From positions 17,799,398-17,863,397 of the forward strand of contig NC_081380.1 of NCBI RefSeq assembly GCF_030684315.1: DNA of 64,000 bases. Reading direction: 5' to 3'. A program made the translations under genes and the position numbers. Shown one piece after another: positions 11,500 through 23,600 of the stretch. The DNA is from Stegostoma tigrinum. Its lineage: Eukaryota. Under the pieces are notes generated by a model. That model did no database searches, was not told where the DNA came from, and saw only the letters and a list, made by a program, of their open reading frames with translations. Every line of letters starts with the position of its first letter. The stretch's first letter is position 1.

Positions 11500-12985
11500 A
11501 TTAGGAGCAGGAGTAGGCCATTTGGCCCTTCGAGCCTGCTGTGCCATTTAATATGATCATAGCTACGCAACATCCTGTTCCTGCTTTTACACAGTATTCT
11601 TTGATCCCTTTAGCTAGAAGAACTATATCGAAATCCTTCTTGTAAACTATTCAGTATTTTGGCCTCACCTGCATTCTGTGGCAGAGTATTCCACAGGCTC
11701 ACCGCTTTCTGGGTAAAGAAATTTCTTGTCCTCTCAGTCCTAAATGGCCGCCCCCCTATCTTTAGTCTGCACTGCTTGGTTCCAGACTCCCCAGTCATCA
11801 GGAAGATCCTGCATTTACCCTAGACCTGTTAGAATTTTATAAGTTCCTATGAAATACCACCCCACATCCCCAATCTTCTAAATTCGAGTGAATTATAGTT
11901 CTAACTGATCCAGTTTCTCTTCAGACATCAGTCCTACCATCCCAGGAATCAATCTGGTAAACCTTTGATGCTGTCGTTCTACAGCTAGAACATCTTTTCC
12001 CCAGATAAGGAAATTAAAACTGCACATGATACTTCAGGTGTGGTCTCACCAAGGTCCTGAATAATTGCAGCAAGACAGTCCAGCCCTTATATTTGAATCC
12101 TCTTGCTATGAAAGCTAATGTGGCGTTTGCTGCCTGCTGCATCTCGGACCATAAGAAACAGGAACAGGAGTAGACTGGTGGCCCTTTGAACCTGCTGCAC
12201 CGTTCATTAGGATCATGGTTGAGTCGGTGCTCCTCAAGTCTACTTTCCTGTCTTTTTCCCATAACCTTTGATGACCTGCTGATCTAATTACCTCAGCTGC
12301 AAATGTATACAAGGACTGTGCCCGGACAGCTCTCTGTGGCAAGAAGATCCAAAGTTCTCAGCCCTCTGAGAGGAGAAGTTCCTCCTCACTTAGTCTTAAA
12401 TTGGTGCCCTTTTATCCTGAACTATGCCCTCTGGTCTTATGCTCTCCCATGAAAGAAAACATCCTCACAGCATTTGCCCTGTCAATCCTCTTAAGAACTC
12501 TGTTTTAATTGGATCACCTCTCATTCTTCTAAATTCCAGTGAATAGAAGCCCAACCTATCTAACCTTACCCTATAAGACAATCTGTTCATAGTGGGGATC
12601 ATCCTAGTGAGCCTTCAAAGAAATAATAACTTTCCTTAAATAAATGATCCAAAACTCCTCTCAGTACTCCAGGTGTGGCCTCACCAGCATCTGGTACAGT
12701 TGCATCTGCATGTTTATAGTTAGCAATTAGTATACAAGGACGCCTAGGTCTCATTACACCTCCTTTCCTCATCTGTCACTATTTAGATATTAATCTGCTT
12801 TCCTGTTTTTGCAATCAAAGTGAATATCTCACATTTTGTCCACATTATACTTCACCTGCCGTGAATTTGCCACTCAATCAAATCACACTGAAGCATCTCA
12901 GCATCCTCCTCACAAATCATCCTCTTACCCAGCTTTTTGTCATCTGAAAACTTGAAGATGTAACCTTTAGTTTCTGCCATCTAAA
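11500..12985 (-). mobile_element. Nested degenerate CR1 fragments (second copy about 12151-12705 inserted in the first)
   Basis: RNFFTQKAVSLWNTLP and LFRTLVRPHLKYHVQF peptides; two separate 3' ends (ggagcaggagtaggcc...). Confidence 0.75.
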
Positions 12986-13539
12986 TCAATACAGTACAAA
13001 TATCCTTTCATTGTCACATGTGCTCCATTGTAGAAGTACAGTGAAAAGCATTTGCAATGTCTGCCTCATGGCAACATCTTAGGATAAGTACCTAGGTACA
13101 ATTTCTTGGATACAGTAGAGGAATAAAAGCAGTTGCTTAATTACAGAGTTGAAAATAAGTTTAAAAATAGGAATGTATTAAAAGGTTAACATTATAGTGT
13201 TCTAAGATAAGGATTGCCTCCTCACACTGGTCTCTGTCAAGAACTTGCTGCCTGTACGCTGCTCCAGGGCTCCTTCCCATGTGCTGTTGCAGGTTCCTTC
13301 TCCATACTGTTCTGGGCCCGCAGCGGGGCTCTCTGCTTGCAGTGTTCTGGGGTTCACGGGGTTGCCTGCTGGCACCAGAGCACAAGGCCATGATGCCCGT
13401 GCTGGTTCCACCATGGAACTTGGTCCGTGCTCTTACCGTCCGCCGTGGGGTTCGATCCGTGCCCACTACAGTTCACCATGGGACTTGACCCACTCACTCT
13501 GGTCCACTGTGGGCCCCTTCACTTCAATGCTCCAATAGT

Positions 13540-14770
13540 ATAAATTGTGAATAGCTGGGGTCCAAGCACTGATCCCTGTATTACCCTACTTGCAAATCAG
13601 AAAATGGCTAATTAACCTAATGCTTTTGTTTCCTGTCTGCCAGCCAGTTCTCTATCCATGTTAGTACACTAACCCAAATTCCATGTGTTTTAATGTTACG
13701 TCTCAATCTCGTATATTGGAGTTTATTGAACACCTTCTGAAAGTTAAAGTACTTGATTACCCCTTTGCTAGTTACTGTCTCAAAATTCCAACAGATTTCT
13801 GGAGCATGGTTTTCCTTTTGTAAATCCATGCTTTGTCTAATCCTATCACTTTTCCTTGTGGTGTATTATTAAATCTTGTATAAAGGACTCTAATATTTTT
13901 CTTATTAACCATGTCAGACTAACTGACCCAAAATTTAGTGTTTTCTCTGTACCTCGACTTATGAGTAACGGGTTATGTTAGCAACACTCCAATCCACAGG
14001 AACTGTTCCAGAGTCTGTAGAAACTTGAAAGACAGCCACTAGTGCATCCACTATTTCTACAGCCAATTCCTTTGTACTCCAGAATGTAGATTGTCAGAGC
14101 CTGGAGATTTGTTGGTCTTCAATCCCACCAATTTATCAACACTATTTCTATATTAACTTGTTCAGTTCTTCTCTCTCACTAGACGTTGTATTCTTCAGCA
14201 TATTTTGGGATGTTATTTTTGTCCTCCGTAAAAATGAAACCAAAGTATATTAATTGGTTTACTACCTCTTTGTTCTCTGTTACATCTTCCCCTGTTTTTC
14301 TTCACATATCTATAGAAGCTTTTACAATCAGTTTGCATGTTCCCTGAAAGCTTATTCTCATACTCTATTTCTCTCTCAATCAATTTATTTGTCCTTTCTT
14401 GCTGAACTCTAAGCAGCTCCCAATCTTGAGGTTGGCTGCTCTTTTTGGCCAATTTGTATGCCCCTTCCTTGGATCTAATACTGTTGCTAATTTCCAAGGT
14501 TAGACAAGGCTGGGTCAACTTTCCTGTTTTAGTTTTGTACCAGACTGAAATGAACAATTGTTGCAGTTCTTCCATGCTCTCTTTACATGCTTGCCATTGC
14601 CTACCCACCATCATTCCTTTAAGTAATGCATCCAATTTTAATAGCCAGTTCTCACCTCATACCCCCATAGTTTCCTCTATTTAGATTCAGGATCTAGTCT
14701 CCAAAGCAACTAGATCACTGTCTATCTTAATAAAGAATTCCATCATATTATGATCACTCTTCCCTGTTGC
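13540..14770 (-). mobile_element. Degenerate CR1 ORF2 (RT-proximal) fragment continuing the 11.5-13 kb element
   Basis: DCKSFYRYVK and FQKVFNKL...HGIWVSVLTWIENWLADRKQ peptides. Confidence 0.8.
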
Positions 14771-17700
14771 TTCACGCAGCTAATTTGCCAAATTATTTCT
14801 TTCTTAATACAATGGAGAACTTAACTAGCCAAGTTGTGGTTTGAATTTTGGTGTTTTTGCTAGTTTTTTACAACTACTATAACAGTCCCATGAGAATATT
14901 ATCACAAAAACTACCACTTAGTGTATTGGATAAGTCATTTTTGAAAATTAAGTTCCTTTAAGAACAGCAATTGTCTCATGAATAATTTTGGAGCTGTTCC
15001 TTCATTTCCCTATCTAGAGAGGCACAGTACAAAAAAAATCCATATTTTGAGCATGATATTTCACACATTATACATGTGTTCCCTTGTCCTATTCTCAGCT
15101 CCAGCAAGGCAACGCTGAATAGGGAGCTCTCGTGGTGCATTGGGTATTCATCTCTCTCTCAACTGAAGGTTGGGGTTCAAGTCACTATCCAGGTCTTGAT
15201 GGCCGCCGAAGGTACATTCATGACATGTCAAAACCAGACTGACTGCAAATTCTTCTAATACACTTATAGCACACAGTATATGCAGAAGAATCTCGTGAGG
15301 ATCCAGAACCATTTGGTAGCTGCAGAGCAACAGCCTCTCATTTAAAAAAAACTTCACAAGCAGGTCTTTGCCAGAAGTTATGCTAGTTGGCTGCAGGACT
15401 CCTCATTTTGAGAATTACCAGCTTCTGACCTGCAGTGCAGGGATGAGGATTGTGGTGCAGGTAGTCATAAATATAAACTGAAAAATGCCAGAAACAAACA
15501 GTAGGTTGGCCAGTTCTTAAAAAAAAGACCAATAGACCTAGAATGCTTTTCAGCAAGAACTCTTCATCCTCAGACAAGAAGTGCATGAATTGCCCACTGC
15601 AATTTTTCCAGAACCCCATTGGGGCGGGGTTGGAAATAAATCAATTAACATTCCAAAAATGTACTAAAATGCTTCGGTTTATAATTCCATGCAAGGGTTC
15701 AGTGCTGCTGTGACAGTATTACTGCCTCTGGGCCAGAAGACCTGGGCTTAAGTCCCACTTGCTCTAGAGTGCACTGATAGTGTCCTTATCTCTAGCCTAT
15801 AACGCCCAGAAACAAATCTCACCTAAAGTGTGTCATAATACACCTGAATAGGTTGATTAACAATATCTATACTTATTTGTTTTGGCACAGGAAGTTTGAC
15901 TTCAAATGGGTGCATTATCATAGCTACCAATTGATATATTTCTAGCACTACTTGTCCTTTAATAAATATTCACAGTTTTATTTAAATTCAAACAGCCTAA
16001 AGATAACATTATTCATTTAAATTGCATCTTACTTTTTTAGGACTCCATTTTTAGTCTTGAATAATTCTTCTGCTTATTCACAGTTCAATGTTATTTTATT
16101 ACTACCCTGATGGTTCCAGTTTCTGAAAGACCAATTAAAACTGAGCTCCTTGTGAAGTACATTGCTTAAATTAATTATATAAAGACCAATTAACAAGTGA
16201 GCTTTACCACAAAAACAAATGGCCTGGGGCCTCTCAGGACTTTATGCCCGACCAAGAGAGACTGATCGCATATTGCGGGTCCCAAAATATACTTCTTGGA
16301 TAAAAGCATTTCTCTTGGCAGGAGACTGGTTGGAAAGAATTGGTCTGGTTCATCCTCTCACCACCCTCCATGTCGATGATTTGACAAAATTTGTTATTAG
16401 TTTGCCACTTGCTGCACTCATTTGTTCATGTTTGTTTTTTTCAGGCTGTCACTTTTCAGGTTTGTTTCATCCCAATCTGGGAGAACTCCACTTAATGAGA
16501 ACAGCTCAACCTTTGCGCAGCATTCACAGAGACACAGCAAACTCCATGGCACCAATATCATCAGGAGGCATACGCTCAATGTGTGGGCAGGTCTCCCATT
16601 GCCTTGCTAGGCTGATCTCCATCATAATGCTTCTCTGAGGGCAAGTGCCATATCGGAATATTTTGTCATGATACTTAAAAATACGGAAATTTCTTGAGAA
16701 TAAATCTGGATTCATGACACCGATAAGTGCTAGTTATGCTGCCATTATATTGATTTAGCTAAACATGGATCTTAGTCTATTTCACAGTGGTGGGGGCAGG
16801 GCAGGGCAGGGCAAGAGGTTCATTGATGCAGACAATCACATCACAATGGGAAAATTTTAAGCTGAATATGCAATGTTTGTTCATGAAATCAATACTTCCT
16901 TTCTTTTTCCCAAGTCACAGAACTAAATGCCATGGTGTCATTACCAAGCGTGGTTTATCCCAATAACAAGGCAGGGCTTTGTTGTGTGTGCATTACTTGT
17001 CGTGTACAAGACATTAAGCCAACCATAACGCAAATTTGACATGGCCCAATACATATCTTTCCTAGCTAGTTGTCTAATGTAATCTTTTATCAGCCTATTT
17101 CTGTGCATGTTTGGTTGGGAGCTTGCTGCCTATAACCACAGATCAGTCCAATGTGTGTTGCTCAGGTGTTGTGTTCCATTTGTCATGGTCACCCTAGTCT
17201 GGCTATAGAGATTCTTTCCCCCAGTCAAGGCTGTTGACAATAACCAATATGACCAATTCATACCTCAGAAGCAATGGCACACAAAAACACCTAAGGGCTG
17301 TCTCTCCTGGACAAGTCTGAGAATCTGCTTTTATATTTTTCAAAAAGATGAACTATAATGTGCACCACACACAGTGTGAAGGGAAAATCTCTACAAAGAT
17401 GTAATGACAGAATTTAACTGCACATGTTGCAAGTGATAACTAATTTATCAATTTCCACTTCTGGGAAAACGTACCATTAAAACTCTAACCAGGGATACTG
17501 TCACAGAATGGAAGGCTGTTGACCCATTTTTCCTCACAATGATACTCCCAAAAAGCAAACTGCATGTTGTCACTTTTCCATTCTCTTCCACATTTCCTCC
17601 CCTTCAGATATTTAGAAAACATAGAAAATTTATGATACAGGTATTCACTGCCTGTTAGGTCCACACAGACTGAAAACTGTACCACGCAACTTCATTCAAT

Positions 17701-19674
17701 CTTCCAACACTTGGTCTGTATTTCTGGAGGATATGGGACTTCAGGTGCATATCCATACCTTTTAAATAAGTTGAAGATTTCTGCCTCTATTAGTCTTTAA
17801 GGGACTGAATTCCAGACACCTACTACACTCTAAATGAAAAGGTTTGTCCACATCTCCCCTCTAATAATTTAAACCTCCTGGTCACTGACCCTTTTGTTGT
17901 CTTGCTTCTCCCTAAATAAGTTAGACAACTGATTAGAATTTATGAATGAATTTGCCCAGGTGTCCTGTAATACGTAAGTGGTCAAATCAATATGACCACA
18001 AGCCGGTATCAATGCAAAACAGTCCCAATTTTATTCGGAACAAACTTACGCTAATTTTTAATACTAAACTTACCATCTCTAATCCTGTTTTGCCCCTTAA
18101 GCTTAAACTGCTTCTACAGTCTCTTGTAGATTTATGCAGTCCCTTTCTCTGTCTCTGCAAAATTGCTTTCTTTCCTTCTGTTTCTGCATGGTCAGCTGAT
18201 TGCTGCCTCAGGCAATTTCAGAGAAAGGTCTGCAGGTGAACTGTTTTTACACATTTTAGATGGCTTCCTGGAACTTTCTATAGTTCTGGCCAATCAGCAA
18301 GATACACTTAATAGTTTGAAACAGAGTCTGTGTGCAGAAGGACCTAGTGCCTTTCTGTCTAGGCCCACTGCTCAGAGGATAAGTTGTTGGGGATATGCCT
18401 GTCCAGGATAACTGTTGCCTTTTACATTTTGCTAACGCCATTAGCACCTGACTGCCATGTTTGCAGTGGATTTTGTGATTTCAGAGTTTTATTTGGCCAA
18501 ACAGCAAGGAATACTGGGTAAATTGGCCAAGTAAAACTGAAACTTACCCAGCATCCATTGCTGTTTGGCCAAGTTAGCAATCTGTTTTAGCAACCATTAG
18601 GCTGCCACACTTTGCTGAGAAATAGATCCTTCTCATTAAACATAAAATTCCCTCTCACGTTCTTGTACATGTCTATCAAATTTCCCCTCTGTTCAAACAA
18701 CCACCAACCACAACTTCCAGTTCTGACAACTTCCCCATCCCCCAAACACTGCTTGCAGAACTCCATGGCATCAGTATGCAACAGAAACAGAGCACATCGT
18801 CTCAGCGAGATGAGTGCTGGCAGTCAGATCAGCACTGTCCCAATTCTGAATGGTGGCTTCCTGAGCCTGCTTCTGGCCTCAATATTAGCAAAGGTTGTGG
18901 AAAAAAACAAGGTAGACTTGTTATCCAAAAGGTGAAGTTCTGCAAATTGCAGTCATTTCTCATCCCTGAATGCATTTAAAATAAGGGAAGATCAGGGCAG
19001 CAGAATGGGTTCACAACTGCTCTCAAAGAGATCATGCATATGTCAAAGGCTAAAATGACCTCCTCTGATGCAAATTACACATTTAGATTTTAATTTAATA
19101 AAACAATCCTTGTACAGTCACACCAACCTTTTTTGTACAAACATCTACGACTGCTTACCTGTTAAGAAAGATGGATTGAGGCACTGGGAATGTTCAGAGT
19201 GTGTTGCACCATCATATGATAAACTAATCTATCCCTATTCGGCTCAGCAAATGAACAGATATCATTACTTACAACGTGCTAGTTTTGGCAGGCTATAGAA
19301 CTTTGGAATCCAGACAGCAAACAGAAAGTAGCTACTTTATCAGGCCACATTATGTGTCAAGCTCCTCATTTTGCTTATACTTACTTGCATTAAATGTTGA
19401 AATATGTCTTGCACTTTTAACATACTTTGTTGAATATTTACTTTTTCTGATAAGGTAATTTTTTTTCAAAATTGTTCCACTGATTTTATGATCGAAAATT
19501 GAGAGATAATCTAATGTATCTTGGAGGAATTTGGAAATACATTGTTTCTTTATAACAAAGATATTGTGAATGATTTACTACATTATATTGAAATATAAAC
19601 ATATATTTCAACAAATCTGCATTTGCTTACTTTAAAATGAATAAGCAATATAAACACAGATGTTGCAAATCAAG

Positions 19675-19680
19675 TTTATT
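19675..19680 (-). terminator. Candidate NIPSNAP2 poly(A) signal (AATAAA on minus strand)
   Basis: tttatt about 0.9 kb after the stop at the end of an AT-rich, largely repeat-free 3'UTR-like stretch. Confidence 0.45.
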
Positions 19681-20160
19681 ACAGCCCTCGGACTGTATTG
19701 GTTATTGTAGCCTGACAGTTGACCAATGACTTAGAAACAGATTTCTTTCATTAATTAGATTTACAGAGTTATCGTAAATCCTATAAACTACATATAATGG
19801 TGCCATTTTAAAAATAAGCACACAAAGTTCTTAAAAATGTAATTGTGAGCTTACAATTTTGTACAGTGATTACACATGCATCACCTACAGCAGTATAAAG
19901 CAACACCAAAAGAACACTAATAATCTATTCTTGTATCATACACAGCTGAATGTCTATTATTCAAGAAACAGCACAAGAGCAGTTTATTCCACAAAAATTG
20001 ATATTGTTTTAAAAAGTAATTCCCTAATGAACCACACTTGAAATTGTGAAAACTGATGAGTCCCTTACTAAATGGGGATAGTCAATGTTTTGCAAAGGAA
20101 ATTCTGATAAGTCCTTTTGCAAGATTCAGGCATAACTTGTCATGATGTTGCTCAACAGTA

Positions 20161-20205
20161 TACACACATATATATACACATATACACACACACACACACA
20201 CACAC
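20161..20205. repeat. (TA)/(CA)n microsatellite in the probable NIPSNAP2 3'UTR
   Basis: tacacacatatatatacacatatacacacacacacacacacacac. Confidence 0.9.
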
Positions 20206-20589
20206 TCCCCAAAAACCCTTAAATTTACTGTCTTCAAAAAATTATTCCACTGGCTAAGGAGTGGAACAGATAAAGTTAGGAAGATACCATCATTAGTGGT
20301 TCAGTCCAGAGGTGGAGGAGGGCAGTGCAACAAAAATAAGAATAAAAATGAAGATAACCATTTAGGACTTTACACATCTAACATTATAATTTTACTTGGT
20401 GCTTCAGAAAGAATATATTGCTTTTAATAACTGATAATTCACTTCAGAAGTGTCTGCAAATTCAATAAAAGATCTTGAAGTTAAAATACTTATTTAAATC
20501 ATTACAAGTACAGACTCATGTCAGTAACTTGTGCATTAAGACAAAACACAAGTTATTTACTTTCATTTAAGGGTGTTGCAAGTTGATCT

Positions 20590-20654
20590 TTACTGAAGTG
20601 GTGAAATCTTCAGTGGAATCATAATCCTAGAATCCATGCGCTGGATGAGTGGCA
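20590..20654 (-). CDS. NIPSNAP2: NIPSNAP2 exon 10 (last coding)
   Basis: [23 protein letters not shown] at 20592-20590. Confidence 0.95.
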
Positions 20655-23600
20655 CTGTGCAAAACAAAAAGACCACCAGTAATTAATTTGTCTATATTAC
20701 GAAAAAAGAATGGTTGTACATCAAAATCTAAACACTGCAGCCATAACTCTAGTATTATCTGGAGATAATTTTGACAGTGAACATGTGAACTGAAGTCTTT
20801 TCTGAAAACAAATGACTTGTTCTAACGATTTGGACAATAGATTCAACAAAGGAACAAATGAACATTAAGAACATAAACAGTCATTTCAGTATAGGAACTT
20901 CAATGTTGCTGACAAACAACATTTGATTCCTGCATGAAATGCGGGTATCACTGGCAAGGTCAGTATTTGATAGCCATCACCAACTGCATTTGAACTGAGG
21001 CTTGCTATGCTTTTTCAAAGGGTGGTTAAGACTATATTCTGTTAGACAGGTAAAGGTGGCAAATTTGCTTCCCTAAAAGGACATTAGTACACAAAATACA
21101 ATTTTCTTAAAACAACAAATTGATAGTTTCACAATTACCATTACAGAGAAGAACTCCAGATGTATGAACTGTACTTAACTCCCATTAGCTGCTATAGTGG
21201 GATTTGAATCCAATTCCCTTAAGGAATATAACGTAGGCTTCTAGATTATTAATCCAAACATTAAAGGCAAAGGGTTGCTCCCTCATGAGAGAGACAGGGA
21301 CAACTGCTGGTGGTTTAGAGGAAGGTTCAGCATGCCTCAGGCAAGGTCAGAGGTTGAAAAGGAGAGTCCTTCACGGTAACCTCGTCCGGTTGCTGAATTG
21401 AACCCATACTTTTGCGACTACTCAGCATCACAAACCAGTTGTCTCACCAACTAAGCTAACTGACTCCAGAGTCTAAACATCACCACGTTATCAAAACTTT
21501 TCATCTGGCTGCCATCAACACAAAAATGCCAAATTTTAAATGGCGATAACAACAATCAGAGGAGAAACTATACTGAATGCTGGCCTCCTTTTGGTCTCTG
21601 TTTTCAGAAACATTTAGAATATGCTGACATCATGCAAGCTTGAAGTGGAAATGCAATTCTAATCTCTAGAAAATTACGAAGTTACATCTCATTGCTAAAC
21701 TTGCGTTGCACAGACAAATTACGTGTTTTTATGCCAGCGTAATTCATTTGAAAGCTGTGGTTGTAATAGTCACAAAATCATCTGACTCCATAAAAAGTAC
21801 AATTTCAAGTCATTCCTCTCACCACCAAGGTAAATGCAATGATAGCACAATCTGAAGGACAATGAAAAGGTTTTTCCTGTTGGAGCCAGGGGTCTATACT
21901 GTGTATTGCTTCTGACAGTCAGAAGGTAAAATGATTTAATACAGTTTTGACACAACAGCCTCCAATTCATAAGAAAAGAAGTGCATATAATCACCTCATA
22001 TATATTTCTTTACTATCCTGTTCATAATGGAGTTTCAGGTGCTTTTTCTTAATTGGCTCACAGCATGTAGCCATTGCATTGCTGGTTATACCAACCTTTA
22101 TTACAAATCCCTTTGTGTCCTTGGGAAGGTGATGTTGCCATCTCCTTGAAATGCCAAAATCTTGGCGGTATGTACATCCACAATGCTGTTAGGAATTTGT
22201 CCAAGCAACAGTGAAGGAATAACGTCATAGTTCCAAGTTAGGATAGTGTGCGCCTAGGATGGGAAGGTGATAGTATCCCTATGCATTTGCTACCTCCACT
22301 TTCTAGGTGGAGGAGTATGTGGGTTTGGGCGATGAATTCTGCAGTGCACCTGGTACATGGGACACACTGCTGCTGCTGCTGTGTGTAGATGGTGAAGGAA
22401 ATGACTGTTGAACATGGTGGATGGAGCATCAAACAAGTGGGTTACTTTTAAAAAAAAACTGCAGATGCTGTAATTTTTTTCAGATTAGATTACCTACAGT
22501 GTGGAAACAGGCCCTTCGGCCCAACAAGTCCACACCGCCCCTTGCAGCATCCCATCCAGACCCATCCCCCTATTACCCACACATGCCTGAACACTATGGG
22601 CAATTTATGATAGCCAATCCACTTAGCCTGCACATCTTTGGACTGTGGGACGAAACCGGAGCACCCGACCTGATAGGAACAAAAAAACAGAAGTTGCTGG
22701 AAAAGCTCAGCAGGTCTAGCAGCAGCAACGAAGAAGAATTTGAGTTAATGTTTCAGGTCCGGTGACCGTTCCTCAGAACAGTGGGTTACTTTGTTGTGGA
22801 TGGGCCTTTTTGACTGCTGTTGAAGCTGCATTTGTCCTGGCAGCTTCAGGTGGAATGTCGTGCATTCCACCATACATCTGACTGCTTATAGATGATGGAT
22901 ATGACAAGAAATAAGTTATTCGCAAAAGAGTTCCTAGCCCCTGATCTGCACTTGTACCAACACAAGTATTTGGCCTGGTCCAGTTAAATTTCTGGTCAGT
23001 GGTAACTCCCAGGATGTCAAAGCAAGGGATTCAGGTGGAGGCAACATGGGGGTAATGTTGAATATTGAGGGGAGACAGTTAAATTCTCTCTTGATTAAGA
23101 CAGTCATTATTTGGAACACCTGTTGGCTCCAACCAGTGGAGGAGTTTTCCATTTCCCATTGAGTCCATTTTGTTCGGGCTCCTTGAGGCCATCCTCAGTC
23201 AAATGTTGCCTTGATATTGAGAATGTTCACTCCCACCTCACTTTATCTCATCTCTAGGTTTAGGTTCTTTTAGTTGGACGAAGGCAGCAATATGTTCAAG
23301 AACCAAGTGGTCCTGGTAGAACTTAAACTGGGCAGCACAGTGGCAGCACTGCTACCGTAAGGCACCAGAGACCCGGGTTCGATTCCACCTTCAGGCAATT
23401 GCCTGTGTGGAGTCTACACATTCTCCCCATGTATGTGTTGGTTTCCTCCAATGGTCCAAAGATGTGCGGGCTCGGTGGATTAGCCATGGGAAATGCATTT
23501 TTACAGAGATAGGATAGGAGGAGTGAGTCTGCATGGGATGCTCTTCAGAGGGCTGGTGTGGACTCAATGGGCTGAATGGCCTGCTTCCATACTTTAGGGG

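Noticed and set aside
16219-16715. 139-aa and overlapping ORFs in the PSPH-NIPSNAP2 intergenic region
   Set aside because: No recognisable domain, splice context or promoter; consistent with chance ORFs.
23331-23400. tRNA-like A/B boxes as tRNA genes (also about 54995-55067)
   Set aside because: They are SINE heads followed by the V-domain body; no intact cloverleaf.
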